A stretch of 64,000 bases of DNA, taken from Octopus sinensis. Lineage: Eukaryota. The stretch's first letter is position 1. The number at the start of each line of letters is the position of its first letter. The stretch lies in the NCBI RefSeq assembly GCF_006345805.1, contig NC_043010.1, positions 31,744,001-31,808,000 of the forward strand. Reading direction: 5' to 3'. The notes beneath the pieces are model-generated. The model was not told the origin of the DNA, ran no database searches, and saw only the letters and a list, made by a program, of their open reading frames with translations. The translations under genes and the position numbers were made by a program. This document shows, piece by piece, positions 25,880 through 40,214 of this stretch.

Positions 25880-26071
25880 TCTCTTTTACTTGTTTCAGTC
25901 ATTTGACTGCAGCCATGCTAGAGCACCGCCTTTAATCGAGCAACTCGACCCCGGGACCTATTCTATCGGTCTATTTTGCCGAACCGCTAAGTAATGGGGA
26001 CATAAACACACCAGCATCGGTTGTCAAGCAATGCTAGGGGGACTATCACAGACACACAAACACACACACGC

Positions 26072-26135
<64 letters not shown>

Positions 26136-26139
26136 ATTA

Positions 26140-26181
<42 letters not shown>

Positions 26182-26354
26182 CATATATATGACGGGCTTC
26201 TTTCAGTTTCCGTCTACCAAATCCACTCACAAGGCTTTGGTCGGCCCGAGGCTATAGTAGAAGACACTTGCCCAAGGTGCCACACAGTGGGACTGAACCA
26301 GGAACCATGTGGTTGGTAAACAAGCTACTTACCACACAGCCACTCCTGCGCCTA
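25880..26354 (-). mobile_element. tRNA-derived SINE family B with internal microsatellite
   Basis: Head ggcgcaggagtggctgtgtggtaag..ggttcagtccc (A/B boxes); internal (TA)n; tail tgactgaaacaagtaaaagag. Confidence 0.88.
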
Positions 26355-26439
26355 TGTATATATATATATGTATATATATATATATTGATTAAAGTAATAA
26401 AGTTAATGTCTGGTCTCATCTGACACTAATCCAAAGATT

Positions 26440-26501
26440 AGAGTCTGATGAAATGCCTGCGAGGTTAAGGCCTTTGTGGATGTGAAACCATTGGTCACTC
26501 T
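26440..26501 (+). ncRNA. Type I hammerhead ribozyme with canonical core
   Basis: Stem I agagt/actct; CTGATGA 26445-26451; long imperfect stem II; GAAA 26484-26487; stem III acca-t-tggt; GTC 26494-26496; enclosed by a 27-bp inverted repeat. Confidence 0.85.
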
Positions 26502-26625
26502 GTGACCAGACATTAACTTTATTTCTTTAATACTTTACTACTCTGTTTTAGAGAGTGCTTCTTTTTTGGATACATGATACATTGACGAGGCTGAAACATA
26601 TAAAATAATAAAAGAATATATATAT

Positions 26626-27023
26626 AGGCACATGCTGTATGGCTGTGTGGTAAGAAGCTTGATTTCCAACCACATGGCCCAGTGTTCAGTCCCACTATGT
26701 GGCATCTTGGGCAAATGTCTTTTACTATAGCCTCAGGCCAACCAAAGCCTTGTGAGTGGATTTGGTAGATGGAAACTGAAAGAAGTCTGTCATGTGTGTG
26801 TGTGCTTGTGTCTATGTTTGTTCCCTCTCCATGACCACTTGACAACTGGCATTGGTATGTTTACGTCCCCATAACCTAGTGGTTCGGCAAAAGAGATGAA
26901 AGAATAAGTACTAGGATTTAAAAAAATAAGTCCTGGGGTCAATGTTTTTGACTAAAACCCTTCAAGGTGGTGCTTCAGTGTGGCCACTGTCAAATGACTG
27001 TAACAGGTAAAAGAATAAAAGAA
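26626..27023 (+). mobile_element. SINE family B copy
   Basis: Similarity to 25880-26354. Confidence 0.85.
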
Positions 27024-27153
27024 TACATTTAAAAGAAAAAAGATAGAAGATATATATATATATATATGCATATGTGTGAATAGACATGAAATAAATTGGA
27101 ATAAACATAATAATCAATTGTGCAATAATGCAATGAATATCAAAGGCACATAA

Positions 27154-27538
27154 TCTTTATATATAAAATTGAAGTTGTGTGTCTGTCTCCTACGATTTAG
27201 ATTCCTAACTACTCCCACATTTTGCGGTGCAGTGTAACCAAAAGTGGGTATCTTATAGTCGTGATTCATATCGAGCCCTTCTGGATATTAGCGCATGTCT
27301 ACGATTAAAAAAAAAATTTACCATAATTTTTTCCTATTTTTAATGCATTTTTTTTGATATTATATAAGGGAAGTAACTCTCTAAAAATGTATTATTAAAT
27401 CTCAGAACGTAAAAAGCTACAGTCACACCCCCCTTTGTGGTTAGCCATATTGAGATGGCTATTATACTTTACATCTCTAAAAATTCTTATATAGTTATTT
27501 CCCTTACAAACCCGAGTAACGCCGGGCGATACTGCTAG
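27154..27538 (+). mobile_element. Non-autonomous Helitron-like element
   Basis: A|TCtttatatataaa start; hairpin cccgagtaacgccggg; CTAG|T end; an internal piece recurs at ~55173-55237. Confidence 0.8.
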
Positions 27539-28301
27539 TAAATTATAAAGCTCTATAGTAATAACAATAAGAACAACAACCATAGCAACAACAAATCAAT
27601 CAACCAACAAGATTTAATGTATGTATTTTTGTTATGATTAAGACAATCAAATTATAATACATCATCATCATCACCACTTCTTACAGCCACCACCACTACC
27701 CTCTTGCTCATCACCAGCACCACCATCATCATTTTTGCATTCCATGATATCAGTTCATCATGGAGTCTATCCTCAACTTTTTCTACAAACACATGATTTA
27801 CTTTACTGTGACTCACAGATCTCTCCCTTCTTCCCTCTTTCTCAATGAATCTCTGATGTCTAAGCTAAACTCAATAGTCAAAACGCCACTCTGAAATCCT
27901 CACTCTCTATCACTAGTAATTCTGACTTGATGAATTGCACACCGTTTTATGGTCACCTATTGCCTCCACCACTCATTGAACTCCTCCAGCTGCCAACAGT
28001 TACTTAAATATTTCTTATCCTGCATTCTAAATATTTGTCTTTCCTCACCAATTTGGTTTTCACATTCCTAAGAGATTAGTGTTCATCTTTTACTGAACTA
28101 CCTGCATCTACCTTTATAACTAACCAATTTACTAACTAGGGGCTATTCTGAACTGTTTGCATCAGTGCAAAATACTCACACATTCACAAGCACACACACA
28201 CACACACACACACAGATTACCAAAAAATTAAGAAGCAAAACATTTGGCATCACTCAAAAAAAGCCCCATTTTATTTAGAAGGAGAATATAAACATATAAA
28301 G

Positions 28302-28390
28302 TCTCTTACAGCTGTTTCTAGAGTAGTCAAGCATGTGTATCATGATACAGAGTAAGGATTCCATTGGCTGAGTACCTTGCTATCAGAGAG
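28302..28390 (-). ncRNA. Degenerate hammerhead fold
   Basis: Minus strand ctct-CTGATAG-(long stem II region)-GAAA-cagctg-TA-agag; palindromic stem III acagctgt. Confidence 0.5.
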
Positions 28391-29098
28391 GAAGAGGTCA
28401 GAAAAATGTACAGATGAAGAAATATTCCCAATCAAGGATATTTGTACATTTTAGCTTGTCAAAAATGGAGGAAAAGATCAGAGTAAAATAAATATGCGTT
28501 ACACATTTTCATGATCAAATAGATAATAAAGTTATAGGTAAGGCCCATTAACAATTTTAAATGAGAATGTTTGATGATAATCCATGGCAAGGAATAATGG
28601 AAGTTATCAGTTCCATTTTTGAAAGGAGAATGAATTTGGGTTGAGTAGAAATAACATACTACAGTGTGAAGGAAAGACAGAATGTATATTCTCTATATAC
28701 ACACACATATACTTCCTTTATTTGTAGATTTTCAACTCTACATTAGGTGTTGTACATTACATTCCTGAAATAGTGTCAAAATCAAAAGTTAACAAATAAA
28801 AGAAAGTATTTATCCACTAGTGCCGTGTTGAGTATTCATCCTCATTGTTTACATCAAATGTGTGTGTGTATGTATATATATATATATATATACCCATGCT
28901 AGCATGGAAAGCGGACGTTAAACGATGATGATGATGATGATATGTATATATATATATATATATTAGAAGGTTTGGAGATGATGTACAGGTATTTTATATT
29001 AGAAGAAATGAGGTACTCATAAATTCGAATGGTTTTATATTTACAGATATTTATTTGTATATTACATGTTTTTATACATCATATAACTTATATCATAT

Positions 29099-29135
29099 AT
29101 TAGCACTTTCGTCCATTCTGGTGGATTTTTCAAAT
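29099..29135 (-). ncRNA. Degenerate hammerhead fold in a PLE-type terminal module
   Basis: Minus strand TTGAAAA-atcca-ccagaa-tggac-GAAA-gtgc-TA; stem I only 2 bp. Confidence 0.45.
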
Positions 29136-29279
29136 TGAACTAAGTTCCTGTGGAAAAATTTTGACCATTTTATAGTGTTATTGAGTGTGTAGTAGTGGGG
29201 AGGGATATAAGATAGTACAAGAGGGTGATGAATGGGGAGAAAGTGAGAGAGAGCATGTGTGTGAGTGTGCGTGTGTGCA

Positions 29280-30700
29280 TGTGAGTTTGCGATCATGCCC
29301 ATGAAGACCTCTATCCGGCGCAGAGGTGAAAATCTCCGCAAATGGTAGGTTTACATGTCCGTTGAAGATGTTGAAAGCTGGATGAGATCTCCCTGCATCC
29401 TCCGTCGTTCGAGTGAAGGCATTGCCAGCCTTGATGTTCCTCTTGCGCAAGCTTAGACAAGGCCGCGCCCATTCGGGTAGCCAAGTGCTGAACCCGTTTC
29501 AGCTGCTGAAAGTCTTTCTGGAGATATGGGTTTGAGGTATGGATGCAATATTCGAGGATGGGTCGAACTAGAGTGATATATATACAGGCCAACAGACGTC
29601 CATTGAAAGGTTGGCAAAGGATCAGTGGATGAAGAAAAGATTCCTTCTGGCTTTGTTCATGGCCTCGATACCCTGTCGTGGTGGTTTGAAAGTAGTATCA
29701 ATCATTATGCCGAGATCCTTTTCTTCAGTGATGTTGATGTTTGTGGCCAATTGTCAAGGGAGAGTTTGGAGGTGAACCTATTGGCAAATGGCTGCATTTT
29801 GAGGCGTTCAAGGGCAGATCCCATTCTTCCGTCCAATTCCAAGCTCGGTTCAGCGACGATTGGAGTATGTTGTATTGATTCCTAGGTGAGACAAGTTTGA
29901 CATCGTCTGCAAATAGGAGAACTCATCCATCAAGAAAATCTGGCAGGTCGTTGATATAGAGAAGGAAAAGTATTGGCCTCAGCACCGACCCCTGGGGAAC
30001 GCCGCTGCATGCATTCGTCTCCGCGGAGAGATCTCCATTTATCTGCACCTGAAAGGTTTGATAGCTCAGGAAAGAAGAAATCCACTAAGTCACCAATAGA
30101 TGAATCTTGAATGCTCGAAGTTTGCGCAAGAGAAGTCAGTGATTAATGGAGTCAAGCGCCTTTGCGAAGTCCAAAAATACCATGCCCACCGAGTCTTTTT
30201 CATCCATGGTCCTTGTAATCCATTCTTCAAGAAGGAGATTTGTTAGACAAGATCTTCAGGGAAGAAATTCATGCTGTGAGTCAGATATATCTTTGTACCA
30301 TATACAGATAATTGTATAATGCTTTGGTTGGAAATAGCTGTGGGAATGACCTGAACATTGTGAATAAAGACAAAGTCAAGTATGTTATTTTCCCCTAATT
30401 GGACGGGTAATGATTTGTTGTATGGGAAAGTCTTTTGTTGTATCAAGGAAAGTGTTCATATCCCACCACTTCAGTTGCTTAGTTCCAGGCTGTATATATT
30501 CCTCAGACCAGCTAAGATTAGTAAAGTTAAAGACCCCTGTTAAAAGCATATTAGCTGGCCTCAGCTAGGGTTAGACTTAAGAGCGAAACAAAGCACCTCT
30601 GAAGTGATCTTCGTGGTTAACCGCGTCAGGATGATGGTAGGTAATGCTTTTAATATCATTTCCTTTTTATATAGATTAGTCTGAAATTGTCAAATACATT
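29280..30700 (-). mobile_element. CR1/Jockey-group LINE remnant (RT plus endonuclease scraps)
   Basis: FLDFAKALDSINH, PQGSVLRPILFLLYINDL, LLFADDVKL, YITLVRPILEYC, RVQHLATRM; NILDFVF upstream. Confidence 0.88.
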
Positions 30701-32033
30701 TATTCGCAAATTAGGTAAGTTCGGGGTTGGTCTGCAATCATTTATATAGTTAAATATAGTTAAATGTTTCCTTTCAAAATCTTTTGTTTTTAATTTTTTT
30801 CATTAAACTAGACTAGTTTTTCGAATGAGCAATAAATATCAAAGCATTTAACAATGAGCATCAAATATCAAAGATAAAAATAAATCATTTTGTTCCCTTG
30901 TCAAACTTTTGACCTAACAACCTAAAGGAGAAAAGGGCTTTCAATTTTAGGCTGAGGTCAAACAGTCAAATCCATTCAACCATGTCGTCAGTCTTTAATG
31001 ACATCAACTACAAAGAACTTGAGAGAGGTGACAGATAGAGAGAGGACAAGAACCTTCACACATTTTCAGCATTGCAAGATTTTGGAGTTATTTTTGTCAG
31101 AATAGGGCTGTCTTCAAGAATCCAAGTAATGCTATGTATTGAAGAGTAGCCTTAGATGCTGGTCATGTTGTTGTTCTTGTTGTTTGCTGCTACTGTTGTT
31201 GTTGTCACATACTTTTTATTTTGACGCTGCTTTGCTTCAGAAGTTGGTTAGTCATAAATTCCCTTGCGAATTTTAAGCCCAGCTTCATCACTTTTATTTA
31301 TTTATTTTTGTTCTTTGTTTTTGCTTTGAAACGAAATCTAGCTTCAAGCGTCTTATACAGATAATTTTTTAGACGCTATTTTCTGAAACTGGTAAAATTA
31401 TGTAGGGGGTGCAAATTTTTATCTTGCACCACCTGAAAATTCCAAGGGGTGCAGGTGCACCGCTGCACCCCCTGTTCCCGGGCCCTTGCATGTGTCCCTG
31501 TGTCTCTCTACTCTGTCTAAAAAATGTTGTTTGTTGTAATTAGGTTGGAACGGGTCCTCAGTGTTAGGGTTGTTATTGTGGGAGTATTGTTGTGTAGGTG
31601 AATTGGATGGGATTATGTGGAATGAGTTGTAGGGGTGTTTGGTCCTCTATGGGGCACTGTGAAGTTGTTATTTTTGTTTGGGTGAGAGAGTTGAAGTTCA
31701 GAAAGTTGAATTCCTATGTTGAAGAGTAGGTAGGAATTCCTGTCTGTTTCTAGTTGCTGGAGGGAAAGTATTGAAATAATAATTGTTATTATTATTCTTC
31801 CTATGTGTTTCTTACTGGTGTTTCCTATTAATGGGGACGGGGGGGGGATCCTATTGTAAGGTTGTTGGTGGTTGATTTCCCCGTGGTGGGGTAGTTTTGT
31901 GTGTCTGTGTTGGAAGTTTGATCTGGGTGTACAATTATTGGTTTCTGTGGATGTATTTGTTTTGGATTTATTTTTAAAGGGGTTGTCTGAGGTGTAGTCT
32001 TTTTTGAATTGAGATTCATAGTTGGGGAAAGAG

Positions 32034-32158
<125 letters not shown>

Positions 32159-32179
32159 TCAGGTGATGTACAGATATTG

Positions 32180-32381
32180 TATATTTAGAATAATAAGGTT
32201 GTCAGAATATTAGGTGATTATGTATATTTCTATTTACATTTTATTTACATTCTTAGCACTTTCTTCTGTTATCGCATTTATCAATCTGATAACAGAAGAA
32301 AGCACTAAAAGTGTAAATAAAATGTAAATAAAAATATATATAATCATCTAACATTCCGACTACCTTATTATTCTAAATATA
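32180..32381. repeat. ~94-bp-arm inverted repeat (fold-back of a PLE-type terminal module)
   Basis: Arms 32180-32273 and 32288-32381 with a 14-nt loop; related in layout to 28965-29110. Confidence 0.9.
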
Positions 32382-32532
32382 TATATATATGTATATACAT
32401 GCCTACATACATACACAATCCTCCCCACACACATACAGAGGCATACGAACATACATATAAATATAAGATATAAAATATAACCAAGGTAAAATAAATTAAG
32501 TCTTTAAAGAATAACAAAATGAAGCTAAATAA

Positions 32533-33125
32533 AACTAGAAAAGCACTCGGATAGCACAGACCTCCGCCAAGCAGCTCATTTCCACCCATATACACACATG
32601 CTGAAAATCGCCCAATTTCCCAAACCAACGCTGGCAAAAACATAACCTCCTTGGCGGGGGTAAAAAAAATAGCGCAGCCATATGAGTTTTAAAAAACCCT
32701 TTAAAACAGGAATCAACCCAATAGTCAAGGCTTGTCATGTCATCCTCCGAAGACCTCCGCCAAGCAGCTCATTTTAAGATAGATACACAAGTAAAATTAC
32801 TAATAGAGAAACGAAAATAAACTTTAGAAACAGCAATGCCACCATAGGTTACGTGGAAACGATGAATGTGTTTTCAAAGGAGATAATCAAAGAACGTAAC
32901 ATTGTAGTACTTCATGTAAAGTAAATATAACAAAGGAAAGATCCGTCAAGAATCCATAAAAATTCCTGGATCACTACCAAAATTTCATCATCTGTTCCTT
33001 ATGTCATTACCTACTTTTCCTGCAAGTTGCATTGAATACTATTTGCAACTTTTTGAGTTATTTTGCACACAGACGGACAGACCAATGCCGATGAAAACAT
33101 AACCTCCTTCCTTGGCGGAGGTAAT
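32533..33125. mobile_element. Helentron/HINE-like non-autonomous element(s)
   Basis: actagaaaagcactc..gacctccgccaag at one end; short IR and stem-loop aacctcc..cttggcggaggt at the other; both motifs occur twice. Confidence 0.55.
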
Positions 33126-33903
33126 AAATAGGAGATCTGTAAATATATACATAAAAAATTAGGTAATTCACATTTATCACCTTGTCTTTATATCCATCTC
33201 CACTTATATCTTTCACTATATTATTAAAGTTGACTAGGGAACCCACTAAATGATTTATTTTTAAAATGTTTACAACTTACCCCTAATTCCTGCCTATGCT
33301 TAATAAGGTTACCTGCTGCTTTGAGGATTTAGAATGATTCTTCTAGGCAAAGTTCACTTCTCTTTCTACCTATTTCATAAGGTTTAGTTCTACTGAGGGT
33401 TGGCCATTTCAGTTCGTATTCTATTTTTTCCTCCCTAATTTGCCATATTAACTTGCTAAGTGATGTCACATTTTCTTATGCCTAAATGATGAGATGTGGT
33501 TATAATATCGTAACTTAAATGTTGTGGCACAGCATCCTGTATATCTATAAGTTGTGTTCTGGGTAACTACTGCACATTCATATGCTATGTTCTTTTCTAA
33601 GCAAGATTTATTCAACACACATTCCCTACCACTTCCACAGTTACAACTAGTGCTTTCCTTCCTATTGCTGCTACTATTAGAGTTATTCCCACAATTACTG
33701 TCATTATTCATATTATTTCTGCTCTTTTCATTACCGTTACCACTACTGCCCCTATTCTTGTTGTTTCCAGTATCTTTTTTATTGATCTTGTCCCCCACTT
33801 AGCCTTACTTTTTTATTATCTATTCTATTCCTGCTAGTTTTGTCAATTTTAAGTTTTGTAATTCCCTTCTATGGGTGTTGTGGGATGCTATGATTTGTAC
33901 TAT

Positions 33904-33944
<41 letters not shown>

Positions 33945-34015
33945 GATGAAATAAGTGATATAGGTATCCATTTTATACAGCTCAACCAATTAGCGCTCTG
34001 ATAGAGCTTCAGGAA

Positions 34016-34576
34016 TATAAAATTAAGGAGAGAAGAAACCAAATTCAAAGGCCGATGTATATATTCATTCAATCTATATTAACGAAATTCTCCATGGTAT
34101 ACAAAGTGCATACATAGATGCATTCATCTATATGATATATAAAAGATTTCTAAGAATTTATAAATACATATATATACACAAAAATTTATAAATATATAAA
34201 AATTCATACACATCTAAATATTTATACACATAAAAATTCATAAATATATGAAAAGTGTAAGTCCGAATGAAGAGGATGATAAAGTGGATGTAAAATGATT
34301 CATAAGGAGTTTGGAACATGTATGACTTCGCAAGTACATTTATGGACTTACACTTTTTATATATACATGAATTTTTATGTGTTTGTAAATTTTTATATGT
34401 GTATGAATTTTTATATATTTCGTATATATATATGTATTTATAAATTCTTAGAAATTTTTTTATATATCATATAAATGAAAGCATTGAGGTATGTACTTTG
34501 TATACCATGTAGAATTTTGTTAATATGGATTTTAGTGAATATATACACCAGCCTTTGAATTTGTTTTCTCCTTTCC

Positions 34577-34587
<11 letters not shown>
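34016..34587. repeat. Long inverted repeat, ~245-bp arms and ~80-bp spacer
   Basis: aaaattaagg..aaattcaaaggc..tggtatacaaagt..aaaagtgtaagtcc versus ggacttacacttt..actttgtatacca..gcctttgaattt..ccttaatttt; an arm fragment recurs at ~38290-38365. Confidence 0.9.
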
Positions 34588-34629
<42 letters not shown>

Positions 34630-34644
34630 ATACATATATATATA

Positions 34645-34678
<34 letters not shown>

Positions 34679-34740
34679 CACACACATATATATATATATA
34701 TATGTATGTATGTATGTATATATATATATATATGCATATA

Positions 34741-35800
<1,060 letters not shown>

Positions 35801-35805
35801 CACAC

Positions 35806-35857
<52 letters not shown>

Positions 35858-35859
35858 GT

Positions 35860-36158
35860 AAAAAACTATACAAACTGGGATAAGAAAGCAAAACATTTAG
35901 AAGATGATACAAAAAATACGGACGGGACATTTGAAGCCTTCAATCTTCAGTCAAGAACTGGATCATCCTCGCAATTTCGGCTGATTAATCTTGAGATTGC
36001 TCCAATCTGGCCAGCCCCAAGGAAAAACTAAGCTAAGCACATTAGATTCCTTGGAAGAAAGCTTCGAATGTATACAAAACAAGGACAGAAAAACGAACGA
36101 TTTAACACGAATATGAATACAAAAATAATACATAAAAACAATAATAATAATATGTAAA

Positions 36159-36160
<2 letters not shown>
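35860..36160 (-). mobile_element. (TA)n-flanked structured module, same family as 39710-40157
   Basis: Shared tccaatctgg..ccccaaggaaa..ctaagcta..tagatt.cttggaagaaagc..cgaatgtatac. Confidence 0.6.
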
Positions 36161-36198
<38 letters not shown>

Positions 36199-36820
36199 TT
36201 TATTGAACACCACACATCCATTTCCAAGTATATACGTACATACATACATACATACATACATACATACATACATACATACATACATACATACATACATACA
36301 TACATACATACATACACACATACTTACATATATATTGTTGTATCTTGGGAGGGTCATTATACTATTAATCTTGCAAACCAAATGCAAAAACAATATATAT
36401 TTATGTATGTATGTACACACACACACACACACACACATCCAACAGGCTATATGTATATGTGTATGTGTGTGTGTGAAAATGATTATGACAGTTGCAATGA
36501 GGATGAAATCAATGTTGCTTGTGTTAATGGTCAAGGTTGTGGTGGTGTGGTGGTAGTAGGGGGCGATGCAACATTGAGCCAGCTTTACATTATAGATAAT
36601 TGGATGTGTTTTAAAAACAGTTCCTATTGAGGAATAAGCAGACCAAAAACTTCAAAAATAAAATAAAGTATAATGATGATGATGATGATGATGATTCCTT
36701 TCTTTATATGTTCTGTAAAAGTAATACACAAAATAAAATGAAAAAGTTTTAAAAGTATATCAAATCAATGAAATTGATACAGTGTGTGTGTATACATTGT
36801 ATACAGTGTTTGTGTGTATG

Positions 36821-36871
<51 letters not shown>

Positions 36872-37352
36872 TACATATGTACACATACAAACATATATAC
36901 ATACATAGAGGATGTATATATATTTGTATGTGTACGTATGTAATAAATATATATATATCTGCATACACACACACTGTATATAAGTATATATAATGTGTTT
37001 TATATAGTATACATGAATATATATATATTTATATGTATGTGTGTGTAAGTGTATGATTCATACACACACACATACACACACACAAACACACACACACACA
37101 CACACACATGTATTCCTCACTCACACACATCACTGCTAACTGTCTACTTAATCATTTATGAAGAATGAAAGTTGTTTCAGTTGGATAATCATTGTTATTT
37201 TTTCTTGTTTTTGTTTCTTTTAGTGGTGTTTTCTGTTAAGGAAACAAAACAAAAGGAAAATGTCTTTTGAAATTTGTGCAATATTTTAGAAAGATATATT
37301 GTAGGGTAGAATTGCATTTGATCTGAACTATCTAACTGTCAATAATCAATAT

Positions 37353-37406
<54 letters not shown>

Positions 37407-39350
37407 TGTGTGTATGTATGTATATGTAAGTATATATATGTGTATATATATATGTGTGTGTATATATATATATATGTACATATGCATAAACCAAGAACAG
37501 ATTTTCTTTCAAACGTTTTATATTGAAGACACAACAATATTAAGGATACTCCTTATTTCCTTATCAGTTTTTATATCTAATTTATGTCTAATTTGGAAGA
37601 ATAGATTTTCTAAGTTTGTTAGCTACATCATTAAAATATATTCAGAGTAACTATAGTGTTTTGTTAGTATACTTTGCAATAAGTCAAAATCTTACTCTCC
37701 TCGATATAATCATGACTGTTGGACTTAAAATATTTTTTACTTCAGTCCCTGTAGATTTCAAGGTTTATTTTCTGTGTGCAGTATCTGTGTGCTGATTTCA
37801 AGTGTTCATGTTGCTATTAATAAAGAGCTCATAGTTAATCTTTATGTAATTTAATTCATTTATTTGGGGGAGGGGGAATCTGTGTAGGATGGTAGTGTTA
37901 TCAGCCAAAGTTTTCCTGTCTAATTCTGTTTCCTGTACTGTGTTGTAATGTATTGTAATGGCTCTTTGCTATAAATGTATGACCAGCTGATAAGAAAGTG
38001 TTGTAGATGTGTGTCCAGTATAAGAGTTTGAGTCATGAAGTTTTACTCTTTCTCACTCTGCTCTCTCTGTCTCTCTCCACATCTTTCATATTATGCTTTT
38101 TCTTGCTCTGCTGAGGGTTAGCATTTAATGTTAGGATTTTGTGTTAGCACTTAGAATTACAATTTTGAGTTAGGGTAAGGATTTTGTTTAAACAAAAATT
38201 GAAAAGAGATTCAAAAGATTTGAATTTGTGTACAAATTTTTACAGAATTGAGCTTGCTTATGTTTGGAATTTGGATATAAAAAAAATATATATTTTGTTA
38301 ATATGGATTGAATGAATATATACATTGGCCTTTGAATTTGTTTTCTCCTCTCTTTAATTTTTTATATATATATGGTTAGTACTTCTGTCAATTGAAGTTT
38401 TCTATAGAATTCTGCAATATTATCTTTAATTTCATTGGAGTTGGGTCTATGTGGGTCTCTCTTCTATCTTTTCTTTTTCCAAAGAAAATATTTTCTTAAA
38501 AGAAGAAAAATAAAAAGGTCTACAAAGTGTTCTTAGTCCATGAATGATATCTAAGCTACAGTGGAAAGGGCAAGCCACTGGATTTGGTTAAAAAGAGATG
38601 ATGAGCACTGGATTGAAGAATATTGAGCAAAACCTTTTTTTCATGAAGACCTTGATGTATTGGTGAACAGTCAACAGCATTGGAGAGTATAAGGACTACA
38701 GTCATAGTTGAGAAAAACTTAGGAGACATGGAGGACCAAAAGCCATCAGAATATTGGATAAGAGTTACCTGTATCATGAGGATTTGTTGCTAGGTATCAA
38801 AATATCAACATCATGACTACTGTTCAATGCTGTTTTTTGAAATGCAAATATGTGAATGAAAATTAAGTCCAGACTTCTACATGGTAGGTAGACCTGGTAG
38901 AAATAGCAGCCAAATCTTCCTCAAAACACCCTACTGTCTTAATCTGACAATTCTGCCTATCATGTAGTTTTAATGAGAAACTGTAACTAAAGATTATTTA
39001 CTCCACAAAGAGGTGAAAGAAGAGAGACAGCATAGCGAAAGTTTTGGCTGTACTCCCCTTGTTGCTAGTGAAATGGTATATGCTGGCTGTGTGAGCAACT
39101 GGTTGTTTTAATGGTGGAACAAACGGGAATTCCATTAGAAAAAAATTTAATCGATTTTCTCGGTAACTATGGGGGCTAGTTACAAACTGCATTCCAATCT
39201 ATGCACCCGTCTCCACATGTGTGCCATTTTTCACGTGAATCCACCCAGCCGTTTGACTGTGAACCTCAAGGCAAGAAAGAATACAACAATCGCCCATGTC
39301 CAATTTATATTATAGATTAATTAAGAGACCAAAGTGTATGTATGCTGCTA

Positions 39351-39685
39351 TCTCTCTATATATAAACGGCAAAATGTCTGTGTGGGTGTCCTTTATAGAA
39401 ATACACAATTTTTCAGTTAGAGGGCTTGCACTTTCTATGGTCATTCAAAACCATCTAAGGGTGGTCGTGCACATCTTTACATTTCCCCAGTCAGCCCCGC
39501 AAAGCCATTAAAAAAATCAACAGAAGTGACAGTTTTGTGAATTTTCTATCCAAAACCCAATCAAAATGCCCGAAACTTGATACGCCAATTGAATGCCAGC
39601 TAGCTGTATGTGATTGGTCGGAGATTTGGACAGTACTCGTGTGTATGTGCGCAAGCACGCAGCCATATATGCATGCACTAGCTAG
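39351..39685 (+). mobile_element. Non-autonomous Helitron-like element
   Basis: A|TCtctctatatataaa start; CTAG|T end after a weak hairpin. Confidence 0.6.
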
Positions 39686-39709
39686 TATGTATATAAAAAA
39701 GAATACAAA

Positions 39710-40157
39710 AAATGGGACAAGAACGCAAAACATCCCAACAGATGATACAAAAAAGGGACAAGGAAAAACAAGGATGTGTCATTTGGAGTTCCAGATTAGA
39801 TTTGCAGTTTCAGCTGGTTATACTTGAGACTACTCCAATCTGGTCCACCCCAAGGAAACTCTAAGCTAGGAGCACTAGATTACTTGGAAGAAAGCAGCGA
39901 ATGTATACGTAAACAAAGATAGAAAAAAAGAAACAGAGAAATGGTACACAAATACAGATGCAAACAACAGGTATCTTTCGACTAAGGACGAATTAAATTT
40001 AAGCTGGCGTGTGTGGAAGTGTGGAACTCGACTGACGAAAGAAAACTCTGAATGACCTGTCCTTGTTTTTTCTTGTCCCTTTTTTGTATCATCTGTCTGG
40101 ATCTTTTGTTGTCCCTTTTTCGTATCATCTGTCTGGATGTTTTGCGTTCTTGTCCAA
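39710..40157. mobile_element. Module with ~75-bp terminal inverted arms (inverted-pLTR-like)
   Basis: ggacaagaacgcaaaacatcc..acagatgatacaaaaaagggacaa mirrored at 40055-40155, with a ~37-bp internal duplication. Confidence 0.7.
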
Positions 40158-40158
40158 T

Positions 40159-40214
<56 letters not shown>

